48,446 bases of DNA from an uncultured Erysipelotrichaceae bacterium (GCA_964592705.1 CAZQFM010000001.1:1-48446); one strand, 5' to 3'; shown: positions 26,152 to 37,277, counted from the stretch's first letter. A program made the numbers and translations. The notes: generated by a model not told the origin, from the sequence alone.

Positions 26152-27387
26152 TTATGAATCTTGTAAAATGACATAATAATTCTTTTTCCCTCTTTTAATT
26201 AATGTCATGTTATCACAAATAGCATTCTCTTTAGAAATGATAAAATCTTCTTGCGTAACTTTTTCACCATTTACTTGAATTGAACCTTGTTTAATCCATT
26301 CTCTTGCCTCTCTTTTACTAGATGCAATTCCTGCACTCACAAGCGCATCTACTAGCCTCATATGATCATCAATAGAGCATTTCTCTAATCCTTGTAACAC
26401 TTGTTTAATATCTTCTTGATCGAGCTCTTTGATATTTCCTTTAAAAAGTGCACTTGCAATATTCACAGCTTTTTCATATGCTTCTTCACCATGAAGGAAT
26501 GTAATAACTTCTTTAGCTAATGCTTTTTGTGCTTCTCTTTTAAATGGTGCTGTCTTAACTTTTTCTTCATATTCCTCAATTTCTTCTTTTGTTAAAAACG
26601 TTAACTTTTTCAAATAATCTACAACTTTTTCATCTTCAGCATTAACAAGAAACTGATACATCTCATACACAGATGTTTTCTTTTTATCTAGCCATACGGT
26701 ACCACTTTCTGTTTTACCAAACTTCGTACCATCTGCTTTCGTAATAAGAGGCATAGTCAATCCATAACATTCTGCATCGGTACCGTGTTTCTTACGTATT
26801 AGTTCAAGTCCAGCGGTAATATTCCCCCATTGGTCTTGTCCCCCTATTTGCATCGTACAACCCTTCTTTTCATATAAATGTAAAAAGTCAATCGATTGTA
26901 AAATCATATATGAAAATTCTGTATAACTAATTCCTGTTTCTAAACGACTCTTCACTGTTTCTTTACTTAACATATAGTTAATATTAAAAAGCTTCCCATA
27001 GTCACGTAAATAATCAATAAAATTTAGATTTTCATACCAATCATAGTTATTTACCATTTCATAACCAAATAGTTCCTGTATTTGTTGTTTTAATGCTTCA
27101 TAATTTTTTTGTAGAAAATCCTTACTTATAACATCTCTCTCTTTCGTTGCACGTGGATCACCAATTAAACCTGTTCCACCACCAACTAAGATAATAGGGT
27201 TATGTCCATGATTTTTCAATCTTTTTGCAGTAAGCATACTAGAGAAATGTCCAATATGTAAACTATCTGCTGTTGGGTCTGTACCTATATAAAAAGTTAA
27301 CCCTCCCTGATTAATTTTTTCTTCTAAATCTGAAGATGTAACACTCTCAATAAGCCCTCTCCATTTTAATTCTTCAAAAAGTTTCAT
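26152..27387 (-). CDS. tyrS: Tyrosine--tRNA ligase
   Basis: HIGH motif (DSLHIGH), KMSKS-like KFGKT, and a C-terminal S4 domain. True start is at MKLFEELKWRGL (ATG 27387, RBS GGAAGG). The 18 upstream codons in the track fall inside the T-box terminator. Confidence 0.95.
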   Translation of the reverse strand: MKLFEELKWRGLIESVTSSDLEEKINQGGLTFYIGTDPTADSLHIGHFSSMLTAKRLKNHGHNPIILVGGGTGLIGDPRATKERDVISKDFLQKNYEALKQQIQELFGYEMVNNYDWYENLNFIDYLRDYGKLFNINYMLSKETVKSRLETGISYTEFSYMILQSIDFLHLYEKKGCTMQIGGQDQWGNITAGLELIRKKHGTDAECYGLTMPLITKADGTKFGKTESGTVWLDKKKTSVYEMYQFLVNAEDEKVVDYLKKLTFLTKEEIEEYEEKVKTAPFKREAQKALAKEVITFLHGEEAYEKAVNIASALFKGNIKELDQEDIKQVLQGLEKCSIDDHMRLVDALVSAGIASSKREAREWIKQGSIQVNGEKVTQEDFIISKENAICDNMTLIKRGKKNYYVILQDS

Positions 27388-27404
27388 CGTAGCCTTCCTT
27401 TCAT

Positions 27405-27654
27405 AAAAAAAGCATCCTACATACAAGGACGCATTATTCACGTGGTACCACCTTATTTCATTTCTAATCGAAATGCTCTTTCACCCGTAACATGGATGTC
27501 ATCGACTTTACTTTTCATAAAGTAGCTCCAAGTTGTATTCACTAAGTCCCAATGAGGATTTGCACCTTCCATCCACTCTCTAAAAATGTTTCTTAGTTAC
27601 TCTTTCTCTTCATTGCCATAATCATAAGTATATGCAAATCTATTCTTTTGTCAA
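27405..27654 (-). promoter_or_regulatory. Tyr-specific T-box leader with its promoter
   Basis: Promoter TTGACA (rc 27649..27654)-16 nt-TATACT (rc 27627..27632). Stem I elements are AGAGA... and GTGGA...GGTGCAAATCC. The specifier context is GAA-UAC-A (UAC is rc of 27535..27537). T-box sequence AAGGTGGTACCACG (rc 27441..27452). Terminator GCGTCCT-tgtatgt-AGGATGC followed by U7 (27405..27432). Confidence 0.85.
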
Positions 27655-27664
27655 TGTTTACTCT

Positions 27665-28657
27665 TTATTTTGTTGATTTACGTGGTGTAAAGATATAGCT
27701 TAACTCAATTTCTTTTTCCATTACTTCATCTTCATCATGTAACATCTTTGTTAATAAACGCATAGCAACTGCTCCTAAATCATAATCTGGTAATTTAAAA
27801 CCCGAGATTTGTGGACGAGCCATTGCATTATATTTACTATCTAAAATACAAACAATTTCCATATCTTCTGGTATATGCAGATGATTCTCATGTGCAGTAT
27901 TTAAGACAGCCATAGCCTGTGAATCACGATATGTAATAATCAAATCATGTTTCTTATGTTGAAAATAATCTTTTAAAAATACATAAGATGAGCGATACTC
28001 CTTTGGAATTTGAATAAAGTTTTTAAATTCTAACCCATAATCTTTATAAACACGCTCTAAGCCTTCTTTTAATTGTGCAATAATTTGTGGGTTTTTACGA
28101 TCTTCTACTAAAGCAATATCATTTTTCCCTTTTTCCAAATATCCTTTCACAAAATCAGAAAGTAAGTGTTCATAGTTAACAAATACACTACCCACCGTTT
28201 CATCAGACATCTTATTTCCAATAATAACAATAGGAACATGATAAGTCGTTAATATATTCAATTCTTCTTTATTCAATTTATCATTGAAAATCACAACACC
28301 ATCAACACGTGATTTGATAATATTTTCAATGATCTCATTCATTTCTGTAATGCCTTCTGTTGTCGTGTGTAATGTAATATTATATTTATAAATCTTCGCA
28401 ACATCAATCAAGCCATTTATAATTTGTCCAGTATAGAAGAAACTCGCTTCTGGAACAACAAGAGCAATATTCGTTGTCTTTTGTAGTGCTAACCCTTGCG
28501 CAATAGCATTTGGTTTATATCCCAATCTTTCGATAGCTTCCTGCACTTTTCGTCTTGTATCTTCCCTAACGATATCAGAACCATTGATTACACGTGATAC
28601 AGTAGCTAAAGATACCTCTGCCTCTTTCGCAACATCATATATGGTAATTCGCTTCAT
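27665..28657 (-). CDS. ccpA: LacI-family transcriptional regulator, CcpA-like
   Basis: N-terminal HTH ...TIYDVAKEAEVSLATVSRVINGS... plus a periplasmic-binding-fold core. Lies between murC/ytxG-like genes and tyrS, as ccpA does in B. subtilis. Confidence 0.7.
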   Translation of the reverse strand: MKRITIYDVAKEAEVSLATVSRVINGSDIVREDTRRKVQEAIERLGYKPNAIAQGLALQKTTNIALVVPEASFFYTGQIINGLIDVAKIYKYNITLHTTTEGITEMNEIIENIIKSRVDGVVIFNDKLNKEELNILTTYHVPIVIIGNKMSDETVGSVFVNYEHLLSDFVKGYLEKGKNDIALVEDRKNPQIIAQLKEGLERVYKDYGLEFKNFIQIPKEYRSSYVFLKDYFQHKKHDLIITYRDSQAMAVLNTAHENHLHIPEDMEIVCILDSKYNAMARPQISGFKLPDYDLGAVAMRLLTKMLHDEDEVMEKEIELSYIFTPRKSTK

Positions 28658-28671
28658 AGTACTCCTATTCT

Positions 28672-29247
28672 CTACTGATGAAAATCATCTGTAGTACCCT
28701 TCTCCACGTCTTGATCTTCTAATCTTTTCTTAATTCCTTGATAAGCATTTTCTACAATATGCAAAGTTCCTCGTTTTAACTTTTTCACATTTGTTTTTAC
28801 ACGTTCATCATTACGTACTTGTTCTATAGAATGATGGATATTATCCATCACCTTTTTCACGTTCTCTTGTTGCAAGGCTTCTTGAATACCCTCACTAACT
28901 AAATGTGCTGCATTCATACTCGTTGTCACGACTTTATCTTTTCCTGCCTGAAACATTTCTTTTACATCTTCATTATCACAAAACGCTTTTACATTTTTAG
29001 TTGCCTTCTTTAAAAGAACATCTGTTTCCTGTTTCACCATTTCAATCTTTGATTGTAACTCTTCATTATCTTTCTGTGCTTCTACCCAAGACTTCCATTG
29101 TCCAAATAAATGTTTCATTTCATTCATAGCCCATTTTACATGGTTCTTATCCTGATTACAAGGTTGCTCCTTAAGAGTAAAAACTTGAAACTTTCTTTCA
29201 TGTTCATCTTCTTTCAACTTTTCATTGTTCACTTGCATCATCATCAC
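28672..29247 (-). CDS. Hypothetical charged, helical protein
   Basis: 191-aa ORF, preceded by AGGAGTG at a run of four ATGs. Lys/Glu-rich with predicted coiled-coil character and no TM segment. Occupies the position of ytxH. Confidence 0.5.
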   Translation of the reverse strand: MMMMQVNNEKLKEDEHERKFQVFTLKEQPCNQDKNHVKWAMNEMKHLFGQWKSWVEAQKDNEELQSKIEMVKQETDVLLKKATKNVKAFCDNEDVKEMFQAGKDKVVTTSMNAAHLVSEGIQEALQQENVKKVMDNIHHSIEQVRNDERVKTNVKKLKRGTLHIVENAYQGIKKRLEDQDVEKGTTDDFHQ

Positions 29248-29617
29248 TCCTATTTGTATTTACAATATCACTATCTTCTTTACTTTTCATTTTGAAAGCC
29301 CAATCTTTAATAACACTAAAGTTATCCATAATAGCAACAAAAGCCGAACGAACTGCATGCTTACTAGCTTCATGAACGTTATCTACCGTCTCACTTAATG
29401 CATTTAATGTATTCAAAGGCTTTCCTAATAAATCAAGCTGTTGGCTTGTTAAGTCTATTGTATGTTTCATAGACTTCATAGTTTCCATACTTTCCTTCAT
29501 GAGTTTACATAAATGACGTAAAAAGATAATCAGAAAAATAAGTGATACTACACCTAAAATTGGCAATACCTTATAAGATACAGCACTTGTTAAATCTAAA
29601 AGTTGATCAAGACCCAT
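29222..29617 (-). CDS. DUF948 (YtxG-like) membrane-anchored protein
   Basis: One N-terminal TM helix followed by a helical region (...MKESMETMKSMKHTIDLTSQQLDLLGKPLNTLNALSETVDNV...). Adjacent to murC, as in B. subtilis. Confidence 0.6.
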   Translation of the reverse strand: MGLDQLLDLTSAVSYKVLPILGVVSLIFLIIFLRHLCKLMKESMETMKSMKHTIDLTSQQLDLLGKPLNTLNALSETVDNVHEASKHAVRSAFVAIMDNFSVIKDWAFKMKSKEDSDIVNTNRSDDDASEQ

Positions 29618-29659
29618 TATAACACCTCTTTTTATAGCTCATTGCTTTCTATCATAACA

Positions 29660-30973
29660 CTAATGAAAAGTTTTCACAATATTTTTAAACTTATAAATAT
29701 CTTTACTACTCATAAATAAATAAACACCAGTACCCAATGCAGCTACCATTTTCGCACTTTCTTCATCTTCCTTAACAACAAGAGCTCCAGGACAACATTT
29801 TGCTAAGTCTTCAATCGTAATATCAATTCCTTCTTCTTTCGCTGCATTTTCTGGGAAATGACATAATATGACTTTATCCGCCTCCATCAATGCATCTGCA
29901 AATGCTTGCATGAAGTGATAAATACGAGAGTAACGATCAGGTTTAAAAATCGCAAACACCTTTCGATCTGGATATTTCACTCTTGCAGCTTCAATCATAA
30001 GACGAATAGCTGTAGGATGATGTGCATAATCATCAATATATATATTTTGATGATGTTCTTCTATATGGAACCTTCTTTTCACACCTACGAATGTAGATAA
30101 ACCATCTTGTAAGAGTTGATAAGACAACCCTTCCATAATTCCAATGGCAATAACAGCTAAACTATTCCACAATAATGGCATCCCTACAAAAGGTAGACAA
30201 AAATGTCCAAATACATCACCTTTATATAAGACATCAAATGACATTCCTTGCTCATTTTGATGAATATTTACTGCTTGCACATCATTATGATCTTCAAGAC
30301 CATAATATATACAGCGTGTTCGTAATGATAACTTCTTAATATGCTCATCATCCCCGAATAATACAATTCCTTTTTTCACTTGATTCGCAAAATCTTCAAA
30401 GGCCTGTACATAGTCTTTCATATCATGAAAATAATCTACATGATCCAACTCAATATTCGTTATAATCGCATAATCAGGCTTATATGCCATGAAGTGGCGC
30501 TGATATTCACAAGATTCTACCACAAAATATTTACTATTCTTTGGCATCTTTCCTGTACCATCACCAATAAGATAACCTGTTGGATCAGAAAGTCCCATAA
30601 CATGAGCTAAAAGACCAGTCGTTGTCGTTTTTCCATGTGTACCTGCAACGGAAATAGAGATATAATCTTGTAATAGCTTTCCAAGAAATTCATGATAGTA
30701 GTAACAAGTTACATTAACCATTTCTTTAGCTTGTTTAACTTCTTCATTAGAATCATTAAAAGCATTCCCAATAATTACAATACTATGCTCTTTAATATTC
30801 TTTTTATGAAAGTTTGTAATTTGAATATGCTTTGCCTCTAAAGACTGTTGCGTGAAAATATATTTATCAATATCTGATCCTGTAACATGATGTCCAAGAT
30901 CAACTAGAATTTCAGCTAAAGAAGCCATTCCTGAACCTTTTATTCCGATGAAATGATAATGCATATTGAACAC
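29660..30973 (-). CDS. murC: UDP-N-acetylmuramate--L-alanine ligase
   Basis: Mur ligase motifs HFIGIKGSGMASLAEIL and AGTHGKTTTTGLL. Confidence 0.9.
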   Translation of the reverse strand: MFNMHYHFIGIKGSGMASLAEILVDLGHHVTGSDIDKYIFTQQSLEAKHIQITNFHKKNIKEHSIVIIGNAFNDSNEEVKQAKEMVNVTCYYYHEFLGKLLQDYISISVAGTHGKTTTTGLLAHVMGLSDPTGYLIGDGTGKMPKNSKYFVVESCEYQRHFMAYKPDYAIITNIELDHVDYFHDMKDYVQAFEDFANQVKKGIVLFGDDEHIKKLSLRTRCIYYGLEDHNDVQAVNIHQNEQGMSFDVLYKGDVFGHFCLPFVGMPLLWNSLAVIAIGIMEGLSYQLLQDGLSTFVGVKRRFHIEEHHQNIYIDDYAHHPTAIRLMIEAARVKYPDRKVFAIFKPDRYSRIYHFMQAFADALMEADKVILCHFPENAAKEEGIDITIEDLAKCCPGALVVKEDEESAKMVAALGTGVYLFMSSKDIYKFKNIVKTFH

Positions 30974-30976
30974 CCC

Positions 30977-31735
30977 TTATTCTTTTATTGTATAATCTGT
31001 AGTATCTTCTTTTTCTCTTACTGGTGTATCCTCTCCAAATAATGAAATTTGCATAGTGTCTTCATTACTATTCTCTTCATCTTGTAATAAATCTTCTAGC
31101 GGTATACTCTTTACGAATTCGTTTTCTTCATCATCTAAAGAGACACTTTCTTTATCTTCTTCTGTAACATTCTCAACCCATTGTTCTTCTTCGTATGAAG
31201 CCACTACCTCTTCCTCAATCAAATCTACCTCTTGTTCTTCTTCCTCTTGTATATCAGCTCCATACATAGGAGAAATAATCGAGCTAACAGATGTACTTCT
31301 CTTTTTCGGTCTTGCTTTTAATATCGTTGGTTGCACATTAGAAGTTGTTCTCACAGGTTCATCTTTCGCTCCAAACATAGGTGAGATAACAGGCGCAAAC
31401 TCATAGTCTTTACGATTAATTTCTCTTTTTACACTTTCTGTTTTAGAAGATATTGTACTGCTTGTTTTTTCTTGTACATCTTGAAGATCAATCGATTGGA
31501 AACGTTTCGGTTGAACAGTAACTTTATTTCCTTCTTCCTTTTTAACTGGCTGATTTACCACTTTCTTCTCTATCGAAGCACGCTCTTTCTTAACAGTGCG
31601 TTCACTTTTTACAACTTTTTTTTCTTTCACAGGCTCTTTTGAAAATACAACCTCTTCTAATTCATCTTCTGCATAAACTTCAGTATCTTCTTCAAATAAA
31701 AATGACCCGATCTTTTTTAGAATATTCATTTTCAT
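30977..31735 (-). CDS. Acidic low-complexity protein with an N-terminal amphipathic helix
   Basis: 252 aa. The MKMNILKKIGSFLFEEDTE start resembles the SepF-type membrane-targeting helix. The motif (V/I)ISPM(F/Y)GA occurs twice. The C-terminus is highly acidic. No globular domain recognised. Confidence 0.5.
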   Translation of the reverse strand: MKMNILKKIGSFLFEEDTEVYAEDELEEVVFSKEPVKEKKVVKSERTVKKERASIEKKVVNQPVKKEEGNKVTVQPKRFQSIDLQDVQEKTSSTISSKTESVKREINRKDYEFAPVISPMFGAKDEPVRTTSNVQPTILKARPKKRSTSVSSIISPMYGADIQEEEEQEVDLIEEEVVASYEEEQWVENVTEEDKESVSLDDEENEFVKSIPLEDLLQDEENSNEDTMQISLFGEDTPVREKEDTTDYTIKE

Positions 31736-31744
31736 CTTTCCTTT

Positions 31745-32080
31745 CTAATACGATTTTAAATCTTGTAAAAATGCATCTATTTCTGCTTCCGTTTTTCTGA
31801 GTTTAGATACAAAACGACTAACCTCTTTACCATCTTTAACTGCCACAAAGCTTGGAATTCCCATAATCATAAGTCTTTGACAAATAGGCATCCATTTATC
31901 ACGGTCAATATAATAAAAATGATACGTATGATATTTTTGAATAAGTGTAGGCATAAATGGCTCTATAAAATGACAATCTGGACACCAATTAGCACTAAAC
32001 GTAAAAACATGTATCCCTTCACTTTGATAAGCTTCTTCAAATTCCTGAATAGATGTTATTTCTTTCATATATGATTTCAT
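31745..32080 (-). CDS. Thioredoxin-like protein (YtpP-like)
   Basis: 111 aa with the WCPDC active-site motif. Confidence 0.75.
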   Translation of the reverse strand: MKSYMKEITSIQEFEEAYQSEGIHVFTFSANWCPDCHFIEPFMPTLIQKYHTYHFYYIDRDKWMPICQRLMIMGIPSFVAVKDGKEVSRFVSKLRKTEAEIDAFLQDLKSY

Positions 32081-32094
32081 ATTTCTCTTCCTTT

Positions 32095-32868
32095 CTAGTG
32101 ACGAATATCATCTGGTTTTGTATTATTTGAAGGCTCTAATAATTCAGATAGCGAACCACTTGATGAAAGATTTGATTGTATAGATTGTAAGTTCTCTTTT
32201 TGTATTTCATTTATACTTTTTATAGAAAAGCTTTGTAAAACCGTTTTCTCATGATAATCAATACATTTCGCTAACATCATCATTGTCTGTATCATATATT
32301 CAACCTCTATCGCTGGAACAATACTACAAATACTTACAATACTACTATGTAAATATAAAAAATATTGTTTTCCATTAGGCACAAGTATCAATTGATAGGA
32401 ATATACTCTATCTTTAATATCTCGATAATATCCTTCAAATGTTCTCTTTCCTACAGTCTTATCATCTTCTAACACATTTACCTTCTGCAATACATCTTCA
32501 CTTATATCACTTACGTGCAATACTGATTTCTGAGCTTCTGTATTCTCTTCTTCTTTCGCATCCGAGGATACAGTTGTTGTATAATGCTCATTTATAACAA
32601 TTGCACTTGGATCAAAATTCATAACAATAGGATAACCATCTTTTATAAACACTTCACTTGTTTGCGTACTTTTCTGTCTTCCAATCCCTTTGGGTAGATA
32701 ATAGCTATAATATTGCTTATTCATATTCGTATAAGAAGGCATAGGTGAAGAATAAAGACTTTCTAATGTTTTCACAACAGAATTAGATTCTACACTTCTA
32801 GCACTACATCCACACAAAAATAGGATACTGATTAATAAAATACGTAACCTCTTCATGACTATCCTCAC
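32095..32868 (-). CDS. Lipoprotein of unknown function
   Basis: Signal peptide with the lipobox FLCGC. No recognisable family. Confidence 0.6.
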   Translation of the reverse strand: MRIVMKRLRILLISILFLCGCSARSVESNSVVKTLESLYSSPMPSYTNMNKQYYSYYLPKGIGRQKSTQTSEVFIKDGYPIVMNFDPSAIVINEHYTTTVSSDAKEEENTEAQKSVLHVSDISEDVLQKVNVLEDDKTVGKRTFEGYYRDIKDRVYSYQLILVPNGKQYFLYLHSSIVSICSIVPAIEVEYMIQTMMMLAKCIDYHEKTVLQSFSIKSINEIQKENLQSIQSNLSSSGSLSELLEPSNNTKPDDIRH

Positions 32869-32920
32869 TTTCTAATATACTTCCATTATAATAACATTTA
32901 TCACATGAAATTCATAAAAC

Positions 32921-33589
32921 TTAAGCTTTACTATTTCCTTCATTTGGTATCCCAAACTTCTTCCAAACAGCTCGATATATCGGCTGTCCAAGTTTCATGA
33001 ACCGTGATTCGTATTCACTGATGACATCTTCAGGATGATCTTCTCTTCTAAAATCCACACTTACATCGTGTAAAAACCATCCTGCTTTTTGAAATTCTAA
33101 TAACGAATATTCAAATAATGAAGCATTATCGGTTTTCATTTGAATTTCACCTTCTGGATGTAATACTTGAGCATACTGTTGGATAAAACTTTGATTCGAT
33201 AAACGCTTTTTATGTGCTCTTTTCTTAGGCCAAGGATCTGAAAAGTTTAAATGAATAACATCAATTTCTTCCCTATCAAACCAAGAAGATATAACCTCTG
33301 CATCATCATTAATAAATAACATATGCTCAGCATCAGGACATTGATTGGTAAATTTTCGAACAGCAAGTGCTGCCACATTGTTGTTTTTCTCAATACCAAT
33401 CCAACCAATTTCTGGATATTGTTGCCCCATTTTTACCCAATAATCACCTTTTCCAGAACCAATTTCAACATGTAATTGTGCTCTTTTTAATAATTCTTTC
33501 CATTTTCCCTTATAAGAAGCAGGATCTTTCACGACAACTGTTTGTTGTTCTAAAAAAGGCTCCGCCCAAGCTAACTTACGCATTCTCAT
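32921..33589 (-). CDS. trmB: tRNA (guanine-N7)-methyltransferase
   Basis: ...HVEIGSGKGDY... SAM motif and ...LNFSDPWPKKRH.KRR... signature. Confidence 0.9.
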   Translation of the reverse strand: MRMRKLAWAEPFLEQQTVVVKDPASYKGKWKELLKRAQLHVEIGSGKGDYWVKMGQQYPEIGWIGIEKNNNVAALAVRKFTNQCPDAEHMLFINDDAEVISSWFDREEIDVIHLNFSDPWPKKRAHKKRLSNQSFIQQYAQVLHPEGEIQMKTDNASLFEYSLLEFQKAGWFLHDVSVDFRREDHPEDVISEYESRFMKLGQPIYRAVWKKFGIPNEGNSKA

Positions 33590-33598
33590 ATTCTACAC

Positions 33599-34987
33599 CT
33601 ACTTTGTTAATTCTTCAAGAGCAGCAGCATAAATAGCTACTGATAACAATAAACCATCAAGCTTTACAGCCTCATCTTTTTGATGTGGTCCACCAATATA
33701 CATATCGGTATCTTTTTCTTGTTTTGGAAACTCTGGTCCATATGCCACAAAATTAGGTAGCTTCTTGGCATAAGTTCCTCCTCCCATCGTCATAATGGGT
33801 GTAAACATATCGTTTGTATATTCACGATATACATTTTCTAATGTTGTAATTAACTCTGATTTTGGATCTACGAATAATGGCTCTGTATTACTTTGTAAAA
33901 TCACTTCTAAATCATAGGATATCTCTTTCACTTTTGAGTGAAATGCTTGCATAATATTCTCTACCTTTGCATCATTTGGATAACGAATATCAATCACAAT
34001 TTCAGCATTTCCATTCTCAATGCTCACAATTCCCGTATTCATGGTAAGAAAGCCCATATATGCCCCTTCCATCTGAATTCCTAGCGGTTTACCTTGCCAA
34101 TCTTTCAACATTTCATACGTATCTTTCGCAAACTTATCATCATATGTAGAGCCAACAAAGTTTAATAAATGCAATGCTGCATTGACTCCATTATAAGGCC
34201 AAGCTGCATGGGCAAAAGCACCTTTGATAAATAAAGTAGCTTTGTCACCATGAACTTCCACATGTCCTTCCAATTGATTCGCACGTAAATAAAATTGAAA
34301 TAAATTAGTATAGGAAGCATCCCAAGTCGATACCGTAGCACTTGCTTCTCCAATGACAATATTTGCTCTCTCTCCTGCGTGCATAGATTGAATAACAGTA
34401 TTTGTTTTACCTTTTAGTACGACATGCAACCCTCCCTTTTCACCATATATCAAAGGGAAATTAGCATCAGGTACAAATCCTTTTTGTGGAATTGGGGCAT
34501 GTTTCACATAATAATCCATACATTCCATTCCACTTTCCTCATCACAACCATAAATTAACATAATCTTTTTATTCAATTGAATACCTTGATCTTTCAACAT
34601 TTTCAAAGCATAAAAAGCTGCCATACTTGGTCCTTTATCGTCAATAGTACCACGTCCAAACATGTAACCATCTATTATCTCTCCACCAAATGGATCTTTT
34701 GTCCACCCTTCACCAATCGGTACGATATCTAAATGACCTAATACACCAACACTTTCTTCTCCTTCTCCATACTCGATAATACCTGCATATCCATCTACAT
34801 CTGTCACTTTAAAGCCTTCACGCTCACCTAAAGCTAACATATAATCTAAAGCAGCTCTTAGTCCTTTTCCAAAGGGAGCTTTTTCGCATATCTCATCATT
34901 ATTTCTTAAAGAAGGTATGGCGATTAATCCTTTTAAATCGTTGATAAACATCTCTTTATACTGATTTGTTTTATTAAGCCATTTCAT
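33599..34987 (-). CDS. pepV: Dipeptidase PepV (M20 family)
   Basis: 462 aa with ...GHLDIVP..., ...GRGTIDDKGP... and ...GCDEESG... motifs. Confidence 0.8.
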   Translation of the reverse strand: MKWLNKTNQYKEMFINDLKGLIAIPSLRNNDEICEKAPFGKGLRAALDYMLALGEREGFKVTDVDGYAGIIEYGEGEESVGVLGHLDIVPIGEGWTKDPFGGEIIDGYMFGRGTIDDKGPSMAAFYALKMLKDQGIQLNKKIMLIYGCDEESGMECMDYYVKHAPIPQKGFVPDANFPLIYGEKGGLHVVLKGKTNTVIQSMHAGERANIVIGEASATVSTWDASYTNLFQFYLRANQLEGHVEVHGDKATLFIKGAFAHAAWPYNGVNAALHLLNFVGSTYDDKFAKDTYEMLKDWQGKPLGIQMEGAYMGFLTMNTGIVSIENGNAEIVIDIRYPNDAKVENIMQAFHSKVKEISYDLEVILQSNTEPLFVDPKSELITTLENVYREYTNDMFTPIMTMGGGTYAKKLPNFVAYGPEFPKQEKDTDMYIGGPHQKDEAVKLDGLLLSVAIYAAALEELTK

Positions 34988-35108
34988 ACAATCACCTCTT
35001 CTTTCATTTTAACACAAACACAAAGTATTACCTATAAAATTTTCATTATTTTTCATTTATCTTTAAATTTCTTTCAAACATCATGATACATGTGGATATT
35101 CTAAACTA

Positions 35109-35140
35109 TAAAAAAGAGAACTTGCATACACAAATCCTCT
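35109..35140 (-). terminator. Intrinsic terminator after pnp
   Basis: Minus-strand AGAGGATTTG-tgtatg-CAAGTTCTCT (two G.U pairs) followed by TTTTTT. Confidence 0.7.
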
Positions 35141-35147
35141 TTCCTCT

Positions 35148-37277
35148 TTATTCTGCTTTTCCTTCTTCTTTAGGTTTTGGTAATAAATCTTTAGCAGACA
35201 CATTTACACGACCTTTATCGTCTACTTCCATAACTTTTACCTTAATAATATCTCCTACTTTTAAAGCATCTTCTACTTTTTCAATACGTTCATGACGGAT
35301 TTTGGATATATGTAATAATCCATCTGTTCCTGAAAATAAATTAACAAAGGCACCAAACTTTTCGATTCGTGTTACTTTCGCATCGTATATTTCTCCTACT
35401 TTTGCTTCTTTTACAATAGCACGAATCATATCTGCAGCTTTTTCTATAGATGAGCGATCCATATGATAAATAACAACTTTACCATCATCATCAATATCAA
35501 TTTTCACATCATTACTCGCTTCAATAATCTGATTAATCATTTTTCCATTTGGCCCGATTACATCACGAATTTTCTCTGGTTCAATATATAACACTTCTAT
35601 TTTAGGTGCATACGCTGCCACTTCTTTTCTTGGTTCATGAATAGCAGACATCATATTTTCCATAATTTCAATACGACCAATCTTCGCTTGTGTCAGAGCT
35701 TCTTTAAATATCTCTTCCGTAATTCCATCTACTTTAATATCCATTTGTAAAGCTGTAATTCCTTTTGGCGTCCCTGCAACTTTAAAGTCCATATCACCTA
35801 AATGATCTTCCATTCCTTGAATATCTGTTAGAACTGTATAGTGATCATCATCTTTTACAAGTCCCATCGCGATTCCAGCTACAGGTGCACTAATAGGAAC
35901 ACCAGCACTCATCAATGCCATCGTACCGGCACATATAGATGCCTGTGAACTTGATCCATTCGATTCTAAAACTTCCGCAACCAAACGAATCGTATACGGA
36001 AACTCTTCTAAAGAAGGTAATACTTGCGATAAGGCCTTCTCTCCTAACGCTCCATGCCCAATTTCACGTCTTCCTGGTGCCCCCATTCGACCAACCTCTC
36101 CAACAGAATATGGTGGGAAATTATAGTGATGTAAAAAACGTTTTGTTTCAACATCTGTTAAATCATCAATAATTTGATTATCGTTCATTGCCCCAAGTGT
36201 ACACACTGATAATACTTGTGTTTCTCCACGTGTAAATAATGCCGAACCATGTACCCTTGGCAAGATATCTACTCTTGATGCTAATGGACGAATTTCTGTA
36301 ATGTGGCGACCATCTGGACGTACTTTATCTTCGGTAATTAATCTTCTTACTTCTTCTTTTACAATATTATGACAAATTTCCTTCACAAACTTAACCGTCT
36401 GTTGCTTTAACTTATCATCAGCATATTCCTTTTCTTCATACAAAGATACCATTTCAGCTTCTAGCTCATCAATCGCTCCATAACGTTCTAATTTATTATG
36501 TATACGCACAGCTTGAATTGTTCTCTCTTCTACAAGATCACGAACTTCTTTATTTAATTCTGAAGGTATTTCATATAATACTATTTCACGTTTTTCTTTC
36601 CCTACAGCTTCTACGATTTCTTCTTGAAACTTACATAACATCTTAATATGTTCATGTCCAAATAAAAGCGCTTCTAGCATCGCTTCTTCACTTACTTCTT
36701 TTGCACTGGACTCTACCATATTAATCGCATCTTTTGTACCTGCAACTGCTAAATGAATATCACTTTTCTCTAACTCTTCTACTGTTGGATTAATCACATA
36801 TTTTCCATCTACACGTCCAACGTATACACCAGCAATAGGACCATTAAATGGAATGTCACTAATACATAAAGCTAAGGAAGCTCCAAACATCGCTGTCATT
36901 TCTGGTGTGCAATCTTGCTCAACAGACAATACTGTATTCACAACTTGCACTTCATTACGAAACCCTTCCGCAAATAAAGGTCGGATAGGGCGATCAATCA
37001 TACGAGCAGATAACGTTGCATGCTCACTCGGTCTTCCTTCTCTTCTCAAAAATCCCCCAGGTATTTTCCCAACAGAATATAATTTCTCTTCAAATGTTAC
37101 TGTTAATGGAAAAAAATCAATCCCCTCTTTTGCTTGTTTACTAGCAGTTGCGGTTGATAAAACCACCGTATCACCATAAGTAACAAGAGCAGATCCAGCT
37201 GCTTGTTTTGCAAGTTCACCAGTTTCAACGGTTAATAATCGACCACAAAAATCAAATTTAAATGTTTGTTTCGCCAC
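35148..37277 (-). CDS. pnp: Polyribonucleotide nucleotidyltransferase (PNPase)
   Basis: 709 aa with two RNase PH domains, a KH domain and an S1 domain. GTG start preceded by GAGGTGA. Confidence 0.95.
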   Translation of the reverse strand: MAKQTFKFDFCGRLLTVETGELAKQAAGSALVTYGDTVVLSTATASKQAKEGIDFFPLTVTFEEKLYSVGKIPGGFLRREGRPSEHATLSARMIDRPIRPLFAEGFRNEVQVVNTVLSVEQDCTPEMTAMFGASLALCISDIPFNGPIAGVYVGRVDGKYVINPTVEELEKSDIHLAVAGTKDAINMVESSAKEVSEEAMLEALLFGHEHIKMLCKFQEEIVEAVGKEKREIVLYEIPSELNKEVRDLVEERTIQAVRIHNKLERYGAIDELEAEMVSLYEEKEYADDKLKQQTVKFVKEICHNIVKEEVRRLITEDKVRPDGRHITEIRPLASRVDILPRVHGSALFTRGETQVLSVCTLGAMNDNQIIDDLTDVETKRFLHHYNFPPYSVGEVGRMGAPGRREIGHGALGEKALSQVLPSLEEFPYTIRLVAEVLESNGSSSQASICAGTMALMSAGVPISAPVAGIAMGLVKDDDHYTVLTDIQGMEDHLGDMDFKVAGTPKGITALQMDIKVDGITEEIFKEALTQAKIGRIEIMENMMSAIHEPRKEVAAYAPKIEVLYIEPEKIRDVIGPNGKMINQIIEASNDVKIDIDDDGKVVIYHMDRSSIEKAADMIRAIVKEAKVGEIYDAKVTRIEKFGAFVNLFSGTDGLLHISKIRHERIEKVEDALKVGDIIKVKVMEVDDKGRVNVSAKDLLPKPKEEGKAE

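Noticed and set aside
27388-27441. 18-codon N-terminal extension of tyrS in the ORF track (MNNASLYVGCFFYERKAT)
   Set aside because: This stretch is the T-box terminator hairpin and U-tract. The conserved TyrS N-terminus and a good RBS start at 27387.
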